Origin: Spirochaetia bacterium
GTDB taxonomy: Bacteria > Spirochaetota > Spirochaetia > SZUA-6 > Bin103
Reading direction: 5' to 3'
Assembly: GCA_965199955.1 (NCBI GenBank)
Contig: CBDATQ010000002.1
Span: 768,001 to 832,000, forward strand
Length of the DNA stretch: 64,000 nucleotides
A model generated the notes under the pieces. It saw nothing but the letters and a program-made list of their open reading frames with translations, did no database searches and was not told the DNA's origin. Of this stretch, positions 40,048 through 50,160 are shown piece after piece; position 1 is the first letter of the stretch; every line of letters begins with the position of its first letter. Both the position numbers and the translations under genes were made by a program.

Positions 40048-41517
40048 ATGACAACGGCACTGAACCACGTCGGCGGCGGATGGCAGCGGTCCGGCGGTGG
40101 CGACTTCCTGGACGTCCACAACCCGGCCACGGCCGCGGCGATCGGCCGTGTCGTGCTGTCGTCCGGGGACGACCTGGACGCGGCGGTGGAGGCCGCCACG
40201 GCGGCCGCCCGCGAGTGGCGCAACACGCCGGTGGAGGACCGCATCCAGCCGCTGTTCCGGCTCAAGGCACTGATGGACGAGCGCACCGACGAGCTGGCGC
40301 GCATCATCACCGAGGAGAACGGCAAGACGCTGGCCGAGTCGGTGGGCGAGCTGAAGCGCGCGATCGAGAACGTGGAGGTGGCGTGCGGCACACCGACGCT
40401 CATGCAGGGCGACTTCCTGGAGGACGTGGCCTCAGGCATCGACGAGCTGATGGTCCGGCAGCCGGTCGGCGTGTGCGCGATCGTCTGCCCGTTCAACTTC
40501 CCGGCGATGATCCCGTTCTGGTTCTTCCCGTACGCGGTCGCATGCGGGAACACCTGCATCATCAAGCCGTCCGAGCGCACGCCGCTGACCATGCGCGCCA
40601 TGTTCGAGCTCCTGGAGGAGGCGGGGTTCCCGCCCGGCGTGGCCAACCTGGTCAACGGCGACCGCGGCGTCGTCGACGCGATCCTGGAGCATCCGGGGAT
40701 CAGGGCGGTGAGCTTCGTCGGCTCCACGCCGGTGGCCAGGCATGTGTACGCCACCGCGTCGGCCGCCGGCAAGCGGGTGCAGGCGCAGGGCGGCGCCAAG
40801 AATCCGATCGTGGTGCTGCCCGACGCCGACATCGACGCGACCTGCACGATCGCGGCGGACAGCGCCTTCGGCTGCGCCGGGCAGCGCTGCCTGGCCGCCT
40901 CGCTCGCGATCACGGTGGGCGATGCCGCCGACCCGTTCGCCGACGCGATGGGGCAGATCGCCAACACGAGGGTGGTCGGCAACGGCCTGGACGACGGTGT
41001 CGAGATGGGGCCGGTCATCACGCAGGAGAGCCGCAGCCGGATCGAGGGACTGATCGGCACTGCCGCCGGCGAGGGGGCGCGCGTCGTCGTCGACGGCCGC
41101 GGCCGCGCGGTCGACGGCCACGCCGGCGGATCGTTCGTGGGGCCGACCCTGCTGCGCGGCGTGCCGCCGGCCGGCACCGTGGCCGGAACGGAGATCTTCG
41201 GACCGGTGCTCGGCGTGATGGAGGTGGCCGACGTCGACGAGGCGATCCGCCTGGTGAACAGCGGCCGCTACGGCAACATGGCGTGCCTGTTCACCGGCAG
41301 CGGCGCCGCCGCCCGGCGCTTCCGCCACGAGGCGGACGTAGGCAACATCGGCATCAACCTGGGCGTTGCCGCGCCCATGGCGTTCTTCCCGTTCTCGGGT
41401 TGGCGCGACAGCTTCTTCGGCACCCTGCACGGCCAGGGCAAGCACGCCATCGAGTTCTTCACGCAGACCAAGGTGGTCGTCGAGCGCTGGCCGGAGGGCT
41501 GGTCACGGCGGTTCTGA
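40048..41517 (+). CDS. mmsA: CoA-acylating methylmalonate-semialdehyde dehydrogenase
   Basis: [56 protein letters not shown]. Confidence 0.92.
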   Translation: MTTALNHVGGGWQRSGGGDFLDVHNPATAAAIGRVVLSSGDDLDAAVEAATAAAREWRNTPVEDRIQPLFRLKALMDERTDELARIITEENGKTLAESVGELKRAIENVEVACGTPTLMQGDFLEDVASGIDELMVRQPVGVCAIVCPFNFPAMIPFWFFPYAVACGNTCIIKPSERTPLTMRAMFELLEEAGFPPGVANLVNGDRGVVDAILEHPGIRAVSFVGSTPVARHVYATASAAGKRVQAQGGAKNPIVVLPDADIDATCTIAADSAFGCAGQRCLAASLAITVGDAADPFADAMGQIANTRVVGNGLDDGVEMGPVITQESRSRIEGLIGTAAGEGARVVVDGRGRAVDGHAGGSFVGPTLLRGVPPAGTVAGTEIFGPVLGVMEVADVDEAIRLVNSGRYGNMACLFTGSGAAARRFRHEADVGNIGINLGVAAPMAFFPFSGWRDSFFGTLHGQGKHAIEFFTQTKVVVERWPEGWSRRF

Positions 41518-42209
41518 TGCGCGGCATGAGCGAAACCGATGCTGCGGCGTTTCAGCGGGACGGGTACCTGCTGGTGCGCGGCATGTGGTCGGCGGAGCAG
41601 GCGCGCGCCATTCGCGCGGCGGTGGCGCGAGTGCTCGCCGACGGCATCGACCAGACCGGCGTGCTCGTGCTCGGGCCGGAGCGCGCGCCGCAGGACTTGC
41701 TGCGGGTCTGCACCGGGGATCCCATGCGGGCGGCGGTGCGGGCGATCATCGGGCCGAAGGTGGAGTTCCTGAGCGTCAAGCCGGTGGTCAAGACGTCCCG
41801 CATCACCGCGGCGTCTCCCTGGCACCAGGACTGGCCCTACTGGAAGGGAGCGCACAAGGTGTCGGCCTGGATCGCGCTGGATCCCGCGGAGATCGACAAC
41901 GGCTGCCTGCGCGTGGTGGCCGGGTCTCACGCCCGTGCCTGGGACCATCACCGGGACCACGGCCCCGAAGGGTTCGGCAACCGCGTGTCGGAGGAGGACG
42001 TGGCCGCGGCGTTCGGTGCCGCCGCGCTGCGGTCCGTGCCGATGGCCGCCGGTGACGCGCTGTTCTTCCACGACCGTCTGCTGCACGGTTCCCACCCGAA
42101 CGTCAGCGGACGTGACCGCTGGGCACTGATCCCCACCTATCGCGACGCGTCGGTGCCGGACGACCACACGCTGCCGGAGCTCTGGCGGGCGCCGATCACG
42201 CTGGGATAG
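41517..42209 (+). CDS. PhyH family dioxygenase
   Basis: FQRDGYL, PWHQD, NGCLRVVAGSH, LLHGSHPN; TGATG coupling with mmsA. Confidence 0.9.
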   Translation: MRGMSETDAAAFQRDGYLLVRGMWSAEQARAIRAAVARVLADGIDQTGVLVLGPERAPQDLLRVCTGDPMRAAVRAIIGPKVEFLSVKPVVKTSRITAASPWHQDWPYWKGAHKVSAWIALDPAEIDNGCLRVVAGSHARAWDHHRDHGPEGFGNRVSEEDVAAAFGAAALRSVPMAAGDALFFHDRLLHGSHPNVSGRDRWALIPTYRDASVPDDHTLPELWRAPITLG

Positions 42210-42220
42210 CATCACCGGCC

Positions 42221-42544
42221 ATGGCCTTTTACGAGATTCGACGGTACGAAGTCGCAGCCGGCAAGATGGACGAATGGCTGAGCCTCATGGAGGGGACGAT
42301 CATCCCTTTCCAGGTGGCGCGTGGCATGGTGATCGCCGGCAGCTTCCGGGACGAGGAGGACGACACCACCTACATCTGGATCCGCCGCTTCGAGTCGGAA
42401 GCGGAGCGGGAGCGCCTCTACGAGGCGGTGTACGAGGACGAGGAGTGGAAGGAGACGATCAGCCCCCGCGCGGGCGAGCTGATCAACCGGGACACCATGC
42501 AGGTGACCCGCGTCACGCCCACCTCACGGTCCGTGCTGCAGTAG
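42221..42544 (+). CDS. NIPSNAP family protein
   Basis: YEIRRYEV..GKMDEW, WIRRFESEAER, PTSRSVLQ. Confidence 0.88.
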   Translation: MAFYEIRRYEVAAGKMDEWLSLMEGTIIPFQVARGMVIAGSFRDEEDDTTYIWIRRFESEAERERLYEAVYEDEEWKETISPRAGELINRDTMQVTRVTPTSRSVLQ

Positions 42545-42575
42545 CGGCTCATTCTGCGAGTGAGATTCGCTTCGC

Positions 42576-43796
42576 TCATTCGTGGCGTAGCGCCTCCACC
42601 GGGTCCATGCGCGCGGCACGGCTGGCCGGGTAGAGCCCGGACGCCAGGCCGGTTCCGAACGCCAGGAAGAACGCCAGCCGCGCGGTCGCCGGAGAGATCA
42701 GCCCGGGCCACTGCGTTGCCTCGGCGACGATGTGGATGGCGGCCGCCGCCAAGCCGATGCCGGCCAGCCCACCGCCGCCGCAGATCAGCACCGCCTCCGC
42801 GACGAACTGGTTGAGGATCGACGCCTGATGGGCGCCGATCGCCTTACGGGTGCCGATCTCCCGCGTCCGTTCGCGCACGGAGACCAGCATGATGTTCATC
42901 ACGCCGATGCCGGCCACCACCAGCGCGATCACGCCCAGGAGCGAGACCATGGTGGTGATAGTGCCGGTGGTGGCGTCCGTCAGCTCCAAGACCTGATTCA
43001 TGTCCTCCACCCGGAACTTGCGATGGCGGCCGTCGTGGCGGCCATGGTTAGCGTCCAGGATCGCCAGGATCTGCTGCTTGGCCGTATCGATCTCGCGCAG
43101 GCTCGCCGCTTCGCCCCAGAGAAAGTAGATTCCACGCATGCCGGTAAGGCGTTCCAGGGTGGATACCGGCAGGAATACCCGCTCGTCGACGGACACGCCG
43201 AAGTCGAGCAGCCCTTTCTCCTGCGGAGTCAGTGCGCCGATCACTTCCAGCTCGAACGACCCTATGGAGATCAGCGCTCCGAGCGGCGACTCGTCCGGGA
43301 ACAGGTCGTTCGCGACCTGGGCGCCGAGCACCGCCACCTTGCGCTGCAGACGCTCGTCATCGCGGTTGAGGAACCGTCCCTGCGACACGCGAACCGGGGT
43401 TGCTCCGAGGTAGTAGTGCAGCGTGCCGTAGAGTGTGATGCCTGAAGTGCGCCCGCCGTAGCGCGCGGAATAGCCGCCGATGTCTACCGCCGGAGTCACC
43501 GCGGCAACGGCGTCGGCTTGGGCGTTGATCTGTTCCACGTCTTCGATGGTGATCCGTTCCGTGTCGTAGCTGTTGCCGTCGGCGTCGACCGCCTGCCAGT
43601 CCGGCATCACCATCAACGAGCCCGCCCCGAAGTCGGAGATCGCGTCACGCACCACGACCTTGGCGCCGTCGCCGAGGCCGACGATGGCGATCACCGAACC
43701 GACGCCGATGGTGATGCCCAGCACCGCCAGCACGGTGCGGAACCGGTTCGTCGCGACCGCGGCAGCAGCCTCGAAAAGGAGCGATCCGAGGCGCAT
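42576..43796 (-). CDS. MacB/FtsX-family ABC permease
   Basis: RTVLAVLGITIGV, GIGVMNIMLVSVRERTREIG, YPASRAARMDPVEALRHE. Confidence 0.95.
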   Translation of the reverse strand: MRLGSLLFEAAAAVATNRFRTVLAVLGITIGVGSVIAIVGLGDGAKVVVRDAISDFGAGSLMVMPDWQAVDADGNSYDTERITIEDVEQINAQADAVAAVTPAVDIGGYSARYGGRTSGITLYGTLHYYLGATPVRVSQGRFLNRDDERLQRKVAVLGAQVANDLFPDESPLGALISIGSFELEVIGALTPQEKGLLDFGVSVDERVFLPVSTLERLTGMRGIYFLWGEAASLREIDTAKQQILAILDANHGRHDGRHRKFRVEDMNQVLELTDATTGTITTMVSLLGVIALVVAGIGVMNIMLVSVRERTREIGTRKAIGAHQASILNQFVAEAVLICGGGGLAGIGLAAAAIHIVAEATQWPGLISPATARLAFFLAFGTGLASGLYPASRAARMDPVEALRHE

Positions 43797-43875
43797 GCCG
43801 GGAAGAAACCGTCGGCGTGCCGGCGGGCTCCCGGTGGGTCGGGCGCTACGCAGGGGCATGCGAGAGGGTCCGTCG

Positions 43876-45099
43876 TTACTCGCGACTCAAGGCCACCACC
43901 GGCGGCAGCCGCGCGGCCTTGCTGGCCGGGTAGACGCCGAAGAACAGGCCGATCGAGATCGACACGCCCAGGCCGACTCCGACCACTGCCGGCAGGTCCA
44001 GACGCCAGCCCAATCCCAGCGCGACGGCCAGCGCGCCGCCGAATCCCAGCATCACGCCGACCGAGCCGCCGAGCAGACAGATCACCACCGACTCGATCAG
44101 GAACTGGCCCATGATGTCACCGTCGCGGGCGCCGACCGCTTTTCGCAGGCCGATCTCGCGGGTGCGCTCGCTGACCGAGACCAGCATGATGTTCATGATT
44201 CCCATGCCGCCGACCAGGAGCGAGATGCCGGCGACCAGGGTCACTACCGTGGTGACGATTCCCAGCACCTGCCCTTCCGTTTCGATGCGCGCCTGATCGG
44301 TGTCCACGCGAAAGGACTGCAACGAGTCGGAGCCCGGCAGGACACGGTCCAGAAAGAACTGCACGCGGGTGATCGATTCGGCCAGGCGCGCGCTGTCGCG
44401 GGCGCGCATCGTCACCTCCGGAACATGCGGCCCGTGATCCCGCCACTCGTGGATAGTGGAGTAGACGTCAAACGGCAGGTAAGCGGTGCGATCGTTCGAA
44501 CCGTCGCCGGCGGAGTTGAGGCCGCGCTCTCCCAACACGCCGACCACCTCCAGGTGCAATCGGCCGACCTGTACCGTGGCGCCCACGGCACGCTGGGCAT
44601 CGCCGAACAGCCTGTCTGCGATGCGGTTGCCGAGGACGATCACGTGCCGCTCCAGCCTGCGGTCGTCTTCGTCGAGGAAACGGCCTGCCAACACGGGCGG
44701 CGACCAGATGTCGTTGTACTCCGGACCCACGCCGTAGATTTGAGCGTTCTCTTCCTTGTTGCGGAAGCCGACCTCGCCATCCCCACGCACCAGAGGGGTG
44801 AGCCAACTGGTATCGCGCACAAGATCGTGGATCCCCGCCACGTGATAGTCGCGCAGGTATTGCCGCCGTTTCTCGCTGCGCTCCCACCAGTTTTCGCCGC
44901 GCTCAGGCTCTATCCAGTACAGGGCGCCGCCGAGCGCCGCGACGTCGTCCATCACCGCTTTGCGTCCCATGATGCCGATCGACATCACCGCGATCACCGA
45001 GGCGACGCCGATCACGAGGCTGAGGATGGTCAGCGCGGTGCGGAGCTTGTTGTGGCGGACCGTGTCGAACGCCTCGCGGATGCCCTCGGTCACCTTCAT
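43876..45099 (-). CDS. MacB/FtsX-family ABC permease
   Basis: KLRTALTIL..IGVASV, GMGIMNIMLVSVSERTREIG, YPASKAARLPP. Confidence 0.95.
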   Translation of the reverse strand: MKVTEGIREAFDTVRHNKLRTALTILSLVIGVASVIAVMSIGIMGRKAVMDDVAALGGALYWIEPERGENWWERSEKRRQYLRDYHVAGIHDLVRDTSWLTPLVRGDGEVGFRNKEENAQIYGVGPEYNDIWSPPVLAGRFLDEDDRRLERHVIVLGNRIADRLFGDAQRAVGATVQVGRLHLEVVGVLGERGLNSAGDGSNDRTAYLPFDVYSTIHEWRDHGPHVPEVTMRARDSARLAESITRVQFFLDRVLPGSDSLQSFRVDTDQARIETEGQVLGIVTTVVTLVAGISLLVGGMGIMNIMLVSVSERTREIGLRKAVGARDGDIMGQFLIESVVICLLGGSVGVMLGFGGALAVALGLGWRLDLPAVVGVGLGVSISIGLFFGVYPASKAARLPPVVALSRE

Positions 45100-45827
45100 G
45101 ACGGCGGCTCCGCTTCAGGAGGAGCGGCCGGGACGCTCGCGTGCCGCCGGGTCACCGGCTCGTCGCGGGTGATCAGCCCGTCCCGCAGGTGAATGACGCG
45201 GCGGCTGCAGGCGGCGATGTCGGCGTCGTGCGTGACCAGGATGATGGTGGCGCCCGACAGGTTGAGCTCGGTGAGCAGCTCCATGATCTCCTTGCCGGTG
45301 GCCGAGTCCAAGTTGCCCGTGGGCTCGTCCGCGAACACGATCGACGGGTAGTTGACCAGCGCACGGGCGATGGCGACGCGCTGGCGCTGGCCGCCGGACA
45401 TCTCGGTGGGGCGGTGGCGCACGCGGTCGCCGAGGCCGACCCGCTCCAGGGCTTCGGTGGCGCGCCAGCGGCGGTCGCGGCGCCGGACGCCCGCGTAGAT
45501 CATGGGCAGCTCGACGTTGCGCAGCGCCGTCATGCGCGGCAGCAGGTTGAAGGTCTGGAAGATGAAGCCGACCCGCTCGTTGCGGACGCGCGCCAGCTCG
45601 TGGTCGGACATCCGCGACACGTCGGCGCCGGCCAGCTCGTAGGTGCCGGCGCTCGGCCGGTCCAGGCAGCCGACGATGTTCATCAGGGTCGATTTTCCCG
45701 AACCCGACGGGCCCATGACCGCCACGAACTCGTGCTCGTCGATCGACAGGTCGATCCCGGCGAGGGCGGTGACGGTCACGTCGGCCCCCATCGGATAGAC
45801 CTTGGTGATGCCGGCCAGGCGGATCAC
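45096..45827 (-). CDS. ABC transporter ATP-binding protein (MacB/LolD type)
   Basis: GPSGSGKST, MSGGQRQR, ADEPTGNLD, VTHD. Confidence 0.96.
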   Translation of the reverse strand: MIRLAGITKVYPMGADVTVTALAGIDLSIDEHEFVAVMGPSGSGKSTLMNIVGCLDRPSAGTYELAGADVSRMSDHELARVRNERVGFIFQTFNLLPRMTALRNVELPMIYAGVRRRDRRWRATEALERVGLGDRVRHRPTEMSGGQRQRVAIARALVNYPSIVFADEPTGNLDSATGKEIMELLTELNLSGATIILVTHDADIAACSRRVIHLRDGLITRDEPVTRRHASVPAAPPEAEPPS

Positions 45828-47269
45828 GACCGCTCCGTGGATGCCTCTTCGGCCGACCGGTCATCTGCCGGCGTCTCGTCCGAGGCGGAGCCCTCGGCAT
45901 CCTGCCCGTCGTCCGGCGCGTCCGCGGCGTCCTGCTCCGTCGGTTGCTCCTGTGCCCGCTCCCCCTCGTCCAGCGGCGGCTCCTGCTCGACCATTACCGA
46001 CAGGCCGTCGCGCAGCAGCGCCAGGTTGCCGACGACGACCAGCTCGCCCGGTTCGACGCCCTCCTTCACCTCCACCTGGCTGGGGGTGGACACGCCGACG
46101 TCGACGTCGCGGCGTTCCAGGACGTATTGGCTGTCGTCCCCGTCGACGGGATTGGCCACGAACGCGATCGTGGCGCCGGCCCGCTCCAGCAGTGCGACGT
46201 AGGGGACAGCGGTGGCGTCCTGCTTCAACTCCGCGTCGATGCGCGCGCGGCAGGAGGAGCCCGCGAGCAGGCGCGCGCCGTCGGGCACGCTGTCTTCGTC
46301 GACGTCGACGTCGATGGTGACCAGCGGTACGTTGCCGGTCATTTCCATGCTCGGCGGCACCAGCGTGATCGTCCCGGTCAACTCCACGTCACGGAGGGTC
46401 TCCGTGGTAAGGACTACCTGCTGGCCCACCCGGATCTTGCCGATGTCGACCTCGTCGATCTGCACGCCGGCGAGGATGTCGTCCAGGGTCTCAACCGTGG
46501 CGACGGGTTGGCCGGCGCCCGTCTGATTGCCGAGCGTGGCGTCGAGCTTGGTCACTGTCCCGTCGAGCGGCGCCATGACCGTCGCCTGGCGCAGGTCTTC
46601 GGCCGCCTTGTCCGCGGCCAACCGCGCCTGAATCACGCTCGGGTCGTTGGCGATGATGCGCACATCCCCGCCGGAGTCCATGGGTGGTTCGGCATCGACC
46701 GGCAGGCTGGCCGCCAGATTGAGCTCGGCTCGGGCGCTCTGCAGCGCATCGAACGCATCTCGCTCGGCTTGCTCTGCCTGCGCCAGCTCGTCGTCCGACA
46801 CCGATCCGCTGCGGTGCAGGGTCCGGTTGCGCTGCAGGGAACGGACGCGATCGTTCCACGTCCGCTCCGCCGAGACGATGGTGGCCCGAAGCTTGGCCAG
46901 CCGGTGCGCCAAGCCCAGCTCGGCCTCGCGCAGCGACGCCTGGGACTGCGCCAGCGCGTTCCGCAGATCGGTCTGCTCGAACTGGACCAGTGTCTGACCG
47001 GTCGTGACCTGGTCGCCCACCTGGACGGGAATCGCAACGGCCCGTCCACCTACGTCCGAGGTGACCGCGACGCTGCGCCGCGAACGGAAGGTGCAGCTTC
47101 CGACGACCCGGGTCTGCATCGTGGTCGTCACCGCCGCTTCGACCTCTACCGGGATCGCATCGGCCAGCGAATCGCTGGCGAACAGGCGGTTGAGCGCGAT
47201 GGCGGCAACGATCAGCAGCACCACGGCGACTCCCGCAATCCGGAGCAACCGGCTGGTTCGTCGTTTCAT
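45824..47269 (-). CDS. efflux periplasmic adaptor (MacA/YknX-like)
   Basis: N-terminal TM, lipoyl halves VQVGDQVTTGQ and APLDGTV, long coiled coil, IDEVDIGKIRVGQ; acidic tail. Confidence 0.9.
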   Translation of the reverse strand: MKRRTSRLLRIAGVAVVLLIVAAIALNRLFASDSLADAIPVEVEAAVTTTMQTRVVGSCTFRSRRSVAVTSDVGGRAVAIPVQVGDQVTTGQTLVQFEQTDLRNALAQSQASLREAELGLAHRLAKLRATIVSAERTWNDRVRSLQRNRTLHRSGSVSDDELAQAEQAERDAFDALQSARAELNLAASLPVDAEPPMDSGGDVRIIANDPSVIQARLAADKAAEDLRQATVMAPLDGTVTKLDATLGNQTGAGQPVATVETLDDILAGVQIDEVDIGKIRVGQQVVLTTETLRDVELTGTITLVPPSMEMTGNVPLVTIDVDVDEDSVPDGARLLAGSSCRARIDAELKQDATAVPYVALLERAGATIAFVANPVDGDDSQYVLERRDVDVGVSTPSQVEVKEGVEPGELVVVGNLALLRDGLSVMVEQEPPLDEGERAQEQPTEQDAADAPDDGQDAEGSASDETPADDRSAEEASTERS

Positions 47270-47282
47270 GTCGGGATCATCC

Positions 47283-48155
47283 TCACGCCAGAATTGCCAA
47301 CCTGCCGCCGACGGCGGCGTCGACCACTGCCCACAGCGCCGCGATGCAGGCGGTCTGGGTCAGTGCGCGCCGTGCGGGCAGGCGCAGCAGCACGGCGGCG
47401 CCGAACGCCAGCACCGACAACGCCCACAGTCCGAACGGATCGGACAGCAGCACGACGAATCGGTCGACGATCGCGGGCAGGTTCCAGTCGGCCAGCGACA
47501 CCAGGTCGAAGCGCATGACGATCAGCTCACGGTATTCGGCGACCGTGGTCGCGTTCGCTGCCGACTCTGGATCGGTCGCCAGCGTGAGCGCCCCGGACAG
47601 GAGACGCCGCATGGCGAGCGGCACGAACGCGACGCCCACCAGACGGATCGACGCGCGGGGCCGGTCGGACGGGGTCGGTTCTTCGCCGCCGAAGAATTGC
47701 GTCAGCACCATCAGCGCCACCCAGGTCAACCCGAGTGCGGCCAGCAGGGCGGCGGCAGCCAGCATCACCCGAAACGTCTTCGCCGCGGGCGTGGACGGCG
47801 CGATCAACCGGCTATAGGCCGCCGTGTGCTGCGTCCGGACGTCGTTCTCATCGCTGAACACCGCGGCGCGTTCCGCGATGTGGCGCGCCTCCACCAAGGC
47901 GATCTCCCGCATGACCGGGGATCGGGCGTGCCATAGGATCAGGGTCTCGCCGACCGCCGTGATGCCGAATACGAGCACCAGCACGGCGAACATGGAGAAG
48001 GTGGGCGTGTCCTTGGGGTCGAAGGCCCGGCCCGGGCGCATGGCCGCGCGCGCCAGCGCCGCGAGGAAGCGCACGGGGAGAGGGAAATGACCCCGGCCCC
48101 GGTCGTCACTCTTCGAGTGACGTTCGCTTCGCTCTCTTCGGTCGACCGACGCCAT
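47283..48155 (-). CDS. Yip1/YknW-like multi-pass membrane protein
   Basis: AMRPGRAF N-terminal motif, about 5 TMs, DPFGLWALSV; first gene of the exporter operon. Start is 48155 or 48173. Confidence 0.55.
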   Translation of the reverse strand: MASVDRRERSERHSKSDDRGRGHFPLPVRFLAALARAAMRPGRAFDPKDTPTFSMFAVLVLVFGITAVGETLILWHARSPVMREIALVEARHIAERAAVFSDENDVRTQHTAAYSRLIAPSTPAAKTFRVMLAAAALLAALGLTWVALMVLTQFFGGEEPTPSDRPRASIRLVGVAFVPLAMRRLLSGALTLATDPESAANATTVAEYRELIVMRFDLVSLADWNLPAIVDRFVVLLSDPFGLWALSVLAFGAAVLLRLPARRALTQTACIAALWAVVDAAVGGRLAILA

Positions 48156-48196
48156 TGCTTGTGAAGTAAGCATACCCCATCACATAGTCAAAGATG

Positions 48197-48208
48197 AAAG
48201 TTAACTTT
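48197..48208. promoter_or_regulatory. AT-rich perfect palindrome upstream of the exporter operon
   Basis: AAAGTTAACTTT in a low-GC island before the operon start. Confidence 0.45.
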
Positions 48209-48240
48209 TTGAAGGGGACTGGCTCTCGCGGGCCCGGATG

Positions 48241-48969
48241 CTACGCGTACGAGACCCGAGGCTTGATCACCAGCTCCGTGATGCAGGCACGGTCGGGCAG
48301 GGTGGCGGCCAGAAGCGTGGCCGCCGCCACGTCCTCAGGCTGCAGCATCGCCTGGCGCCGTTCGGCGCTCACCGGCTCCGGGCGCCGGTCCAGGATCGGC
48401 GTCTCCACCTCACCGGGCAGGATGACCGTGGAGCGGATGCCGTTGCGGGACTCCTCGTCGTTGATGACCGCGTTCAGTCCCATCACGCCGTGCTTGGCCG
48501 CGCTGTAGGCCGCGCCGGCCAGGCTCGAGCCCCAGCGTCCCGCGGTGGAGCCGATGTGGACGATCGTCCCGGCGCCTGCCGCGCGCATCGCCGGCAGCGC
48601 GACCCGCACGCAGTAGAAGACGGCCGACAGATCCACCGCCACCGTCTGGTCCCAGTCCGGAAGCGACACTCCGGAAACCGAACGGGGATTGGTGTTGATG
48701 CCGGCGTTGTTGACCAGGATCGTGGCCGGCCCGTGCGCGTTGGCCGCTTCGGCGAAGGAGGCCTGCACGGCGTCGTAGTCCGATACGTCGCAGGGGCAGG
48801 AGTGCACGCGGTCGCCGCCGATCCGGCCGGCCACGTCGGCAAGCGGCTCCGGCCGCCGGCCGATCAGGGTCACCGCGGCTCCCGCGCCGTGCAGCGCGGC
48901 GGCGATGGCGGCGCCGATGCCGGTGCCGGCGCCGGTGACGACGGCAGCGGTGCCGTCGAGCGCCGCCAC
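48241..48969 (-). CDS. SDR family oxidoreductase
   Basis: TGAGTGIG, NNAG, YSAAK, PGEVETP. Confidence 0.93.
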   Translation of the reverse strand: MAALDGTAAVVTGAGTGIGAAIAAALHGAGAAVTLIGRRPEPLADVAGRIGGDRVHSCPCDVSDYDAVQASFAEAANAHGPATILVNNAGINTNPRSVSGVSLPDWDQTVAVDLSAVFYCVRVALPAMRAAGAGTIVHIGSTAGRWGSSLAGAAYSAAKHGVMGLNAVINDEESRNGIRSTVILPGEVETPILDRRPEPVSAERRQAMLQPEDVAAATLLAATLPDRACITELVIKPRVSYA

Positions 48970-49035
48970 TACGAAATCCTCGTGGAGAGCATGAAGTGCT
49001 TCATCGTGGCGGCAGTGTAGGATGCGGCCACGCCC

Positions 49036-49947
49036 ATGGGAAACCTGACGCTGTCACGCCTGCGGCGCGCCTCCTTCATCGTCCTGACCGCAACGGTGGT
49101 GATGGTCACCGCCGCGCTGGTCGTCGCCTTGGCGCTGCCGGACTCACCGCAGGAGGTGACCGAACGGTTCCTCCGCGCCCGCTATGCCCGCGACGCCGAG
49201 CGGCTCTATGAGCTCGCCTCCGCGGCCGATCGGGCCGAGCGGACCCTGGCAGAGTTCCTGGAGGTCAATCCGCCGTTCCCGGAGGCGTTCCAGCCGGGGG
49301 TCGACGCCCTGGCGGCGGCGATACGCTTCTTGGGGGCCGATTCCGGCGTGATCGGCGATCAGGCGCGGGTGACGATCCGCGCCAGGCTGCCCAACTCCGC
49401 CGACGGCGACCTGAACGCGTTGCTGCACGCCACGGAGGCTGACCGCGCGTTCGGCGGATCGGAGTCGCCTCGGGACGTGGTGCGCAGCATCCGCGCCGAC
49501 GCGCGCGCCGGCCGCCTGCCGGTGGTGGAGGTGACCGAGACGGTGGACCTGATCCGGGAAAGCGGACGGTGGCGCGTGATCATGGGCTGGGACGCGGATC
49601 TGCCGGTGACGCTGGCCGCCCTGGTGGCCGACGGCCTGCCGCTGGAGTTCGCGGTCGTCTCCGAACCGGAGCTGCGCGTGCGGCCTGGCGAGACCGCGCG
49701 CGCCACGTTCGCCGTACGCAACACCTCGGACGAGCCTCTGCGCGTGATGGCGACGCACGCCTACACTCCGCCGGCCGCACAGCGACACGTCGAGCTGATC
49801 CAGTGCTTCTGTTTCTTCGAGGAGCGCCTGGAGCCTGGCGAGTCCCGCGAGCTGTCCTTGGTGTTCCGTCTGGGCTGGGACCTGCCGAGCGCGATCGACG
49901 CCGTGGACATCACCTACCGCTACGGCCCGGTCGACGCCGGCGGTTAG
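49036..49947 (+). CDS. membrane-anchored protein with C-terminal CtaG/Cox11 copper-chaperone domain
   Basis: N-terminal TM; VRPGETARATF.VRN..P..ELIQCFCFFEERLEPGESREL matches the Cox11 CFCF region. Confidence 0.75.
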   Translation: MGNLTLSRLRRASFIVLTATVVMVTAALVVALALPDSPQEVTERFLRARYARDAERLYELASAADRAERTLAEFLEVNPPFPEAFQPGVDALAAAIRFLGADSGVIGDQARVTIRARLPNSADGDLNALLHATEADRAFGGSESPRDVVRSIRADARAGRLPVVEVTETVDLIRESGRWRVIMGWDADLPVTLAALVADGLPLEFAVVSEPELRVRPGETARATFAVRNTSDEPLRVMATHAYTPPAAQRHVELIQCFCFFEERLEPGESRELSLVFRLGWDLPSAIDAVDITYRYGPVDAGG

Positions 49948-50150
49948 CTCCCTGCCGCGGTCTCCGTTTCGCCGAGATCTACGTCGTCGACTGGCGGGAG
50001 ATCGGCATCGATGTCCAGGAAGTCTTCGGGCAACGGCCCCGGGCGCGACAGGACCGCAAGAAGCCGTTCGGTCTGCTCCGGTTGGAGGATGAACTGATCG
50101 TCCTTGCTGCTGACCATCGCTTCGTCGCCTGCCTGCACGAAGCCCCGTGA
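49944..50150 (-). pseudogene. VapB (AbrB-type) antitoxin remnant lacking its N-terminus
   Basis: ..GDEAMVSSKDDQFILQP..LLAVLSRPGPLPEDFLDIDADLPPVDDVDL; no toxin. Confidence 0.6.
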
Positions 50151-50160
50151 CCCTCGGGCG

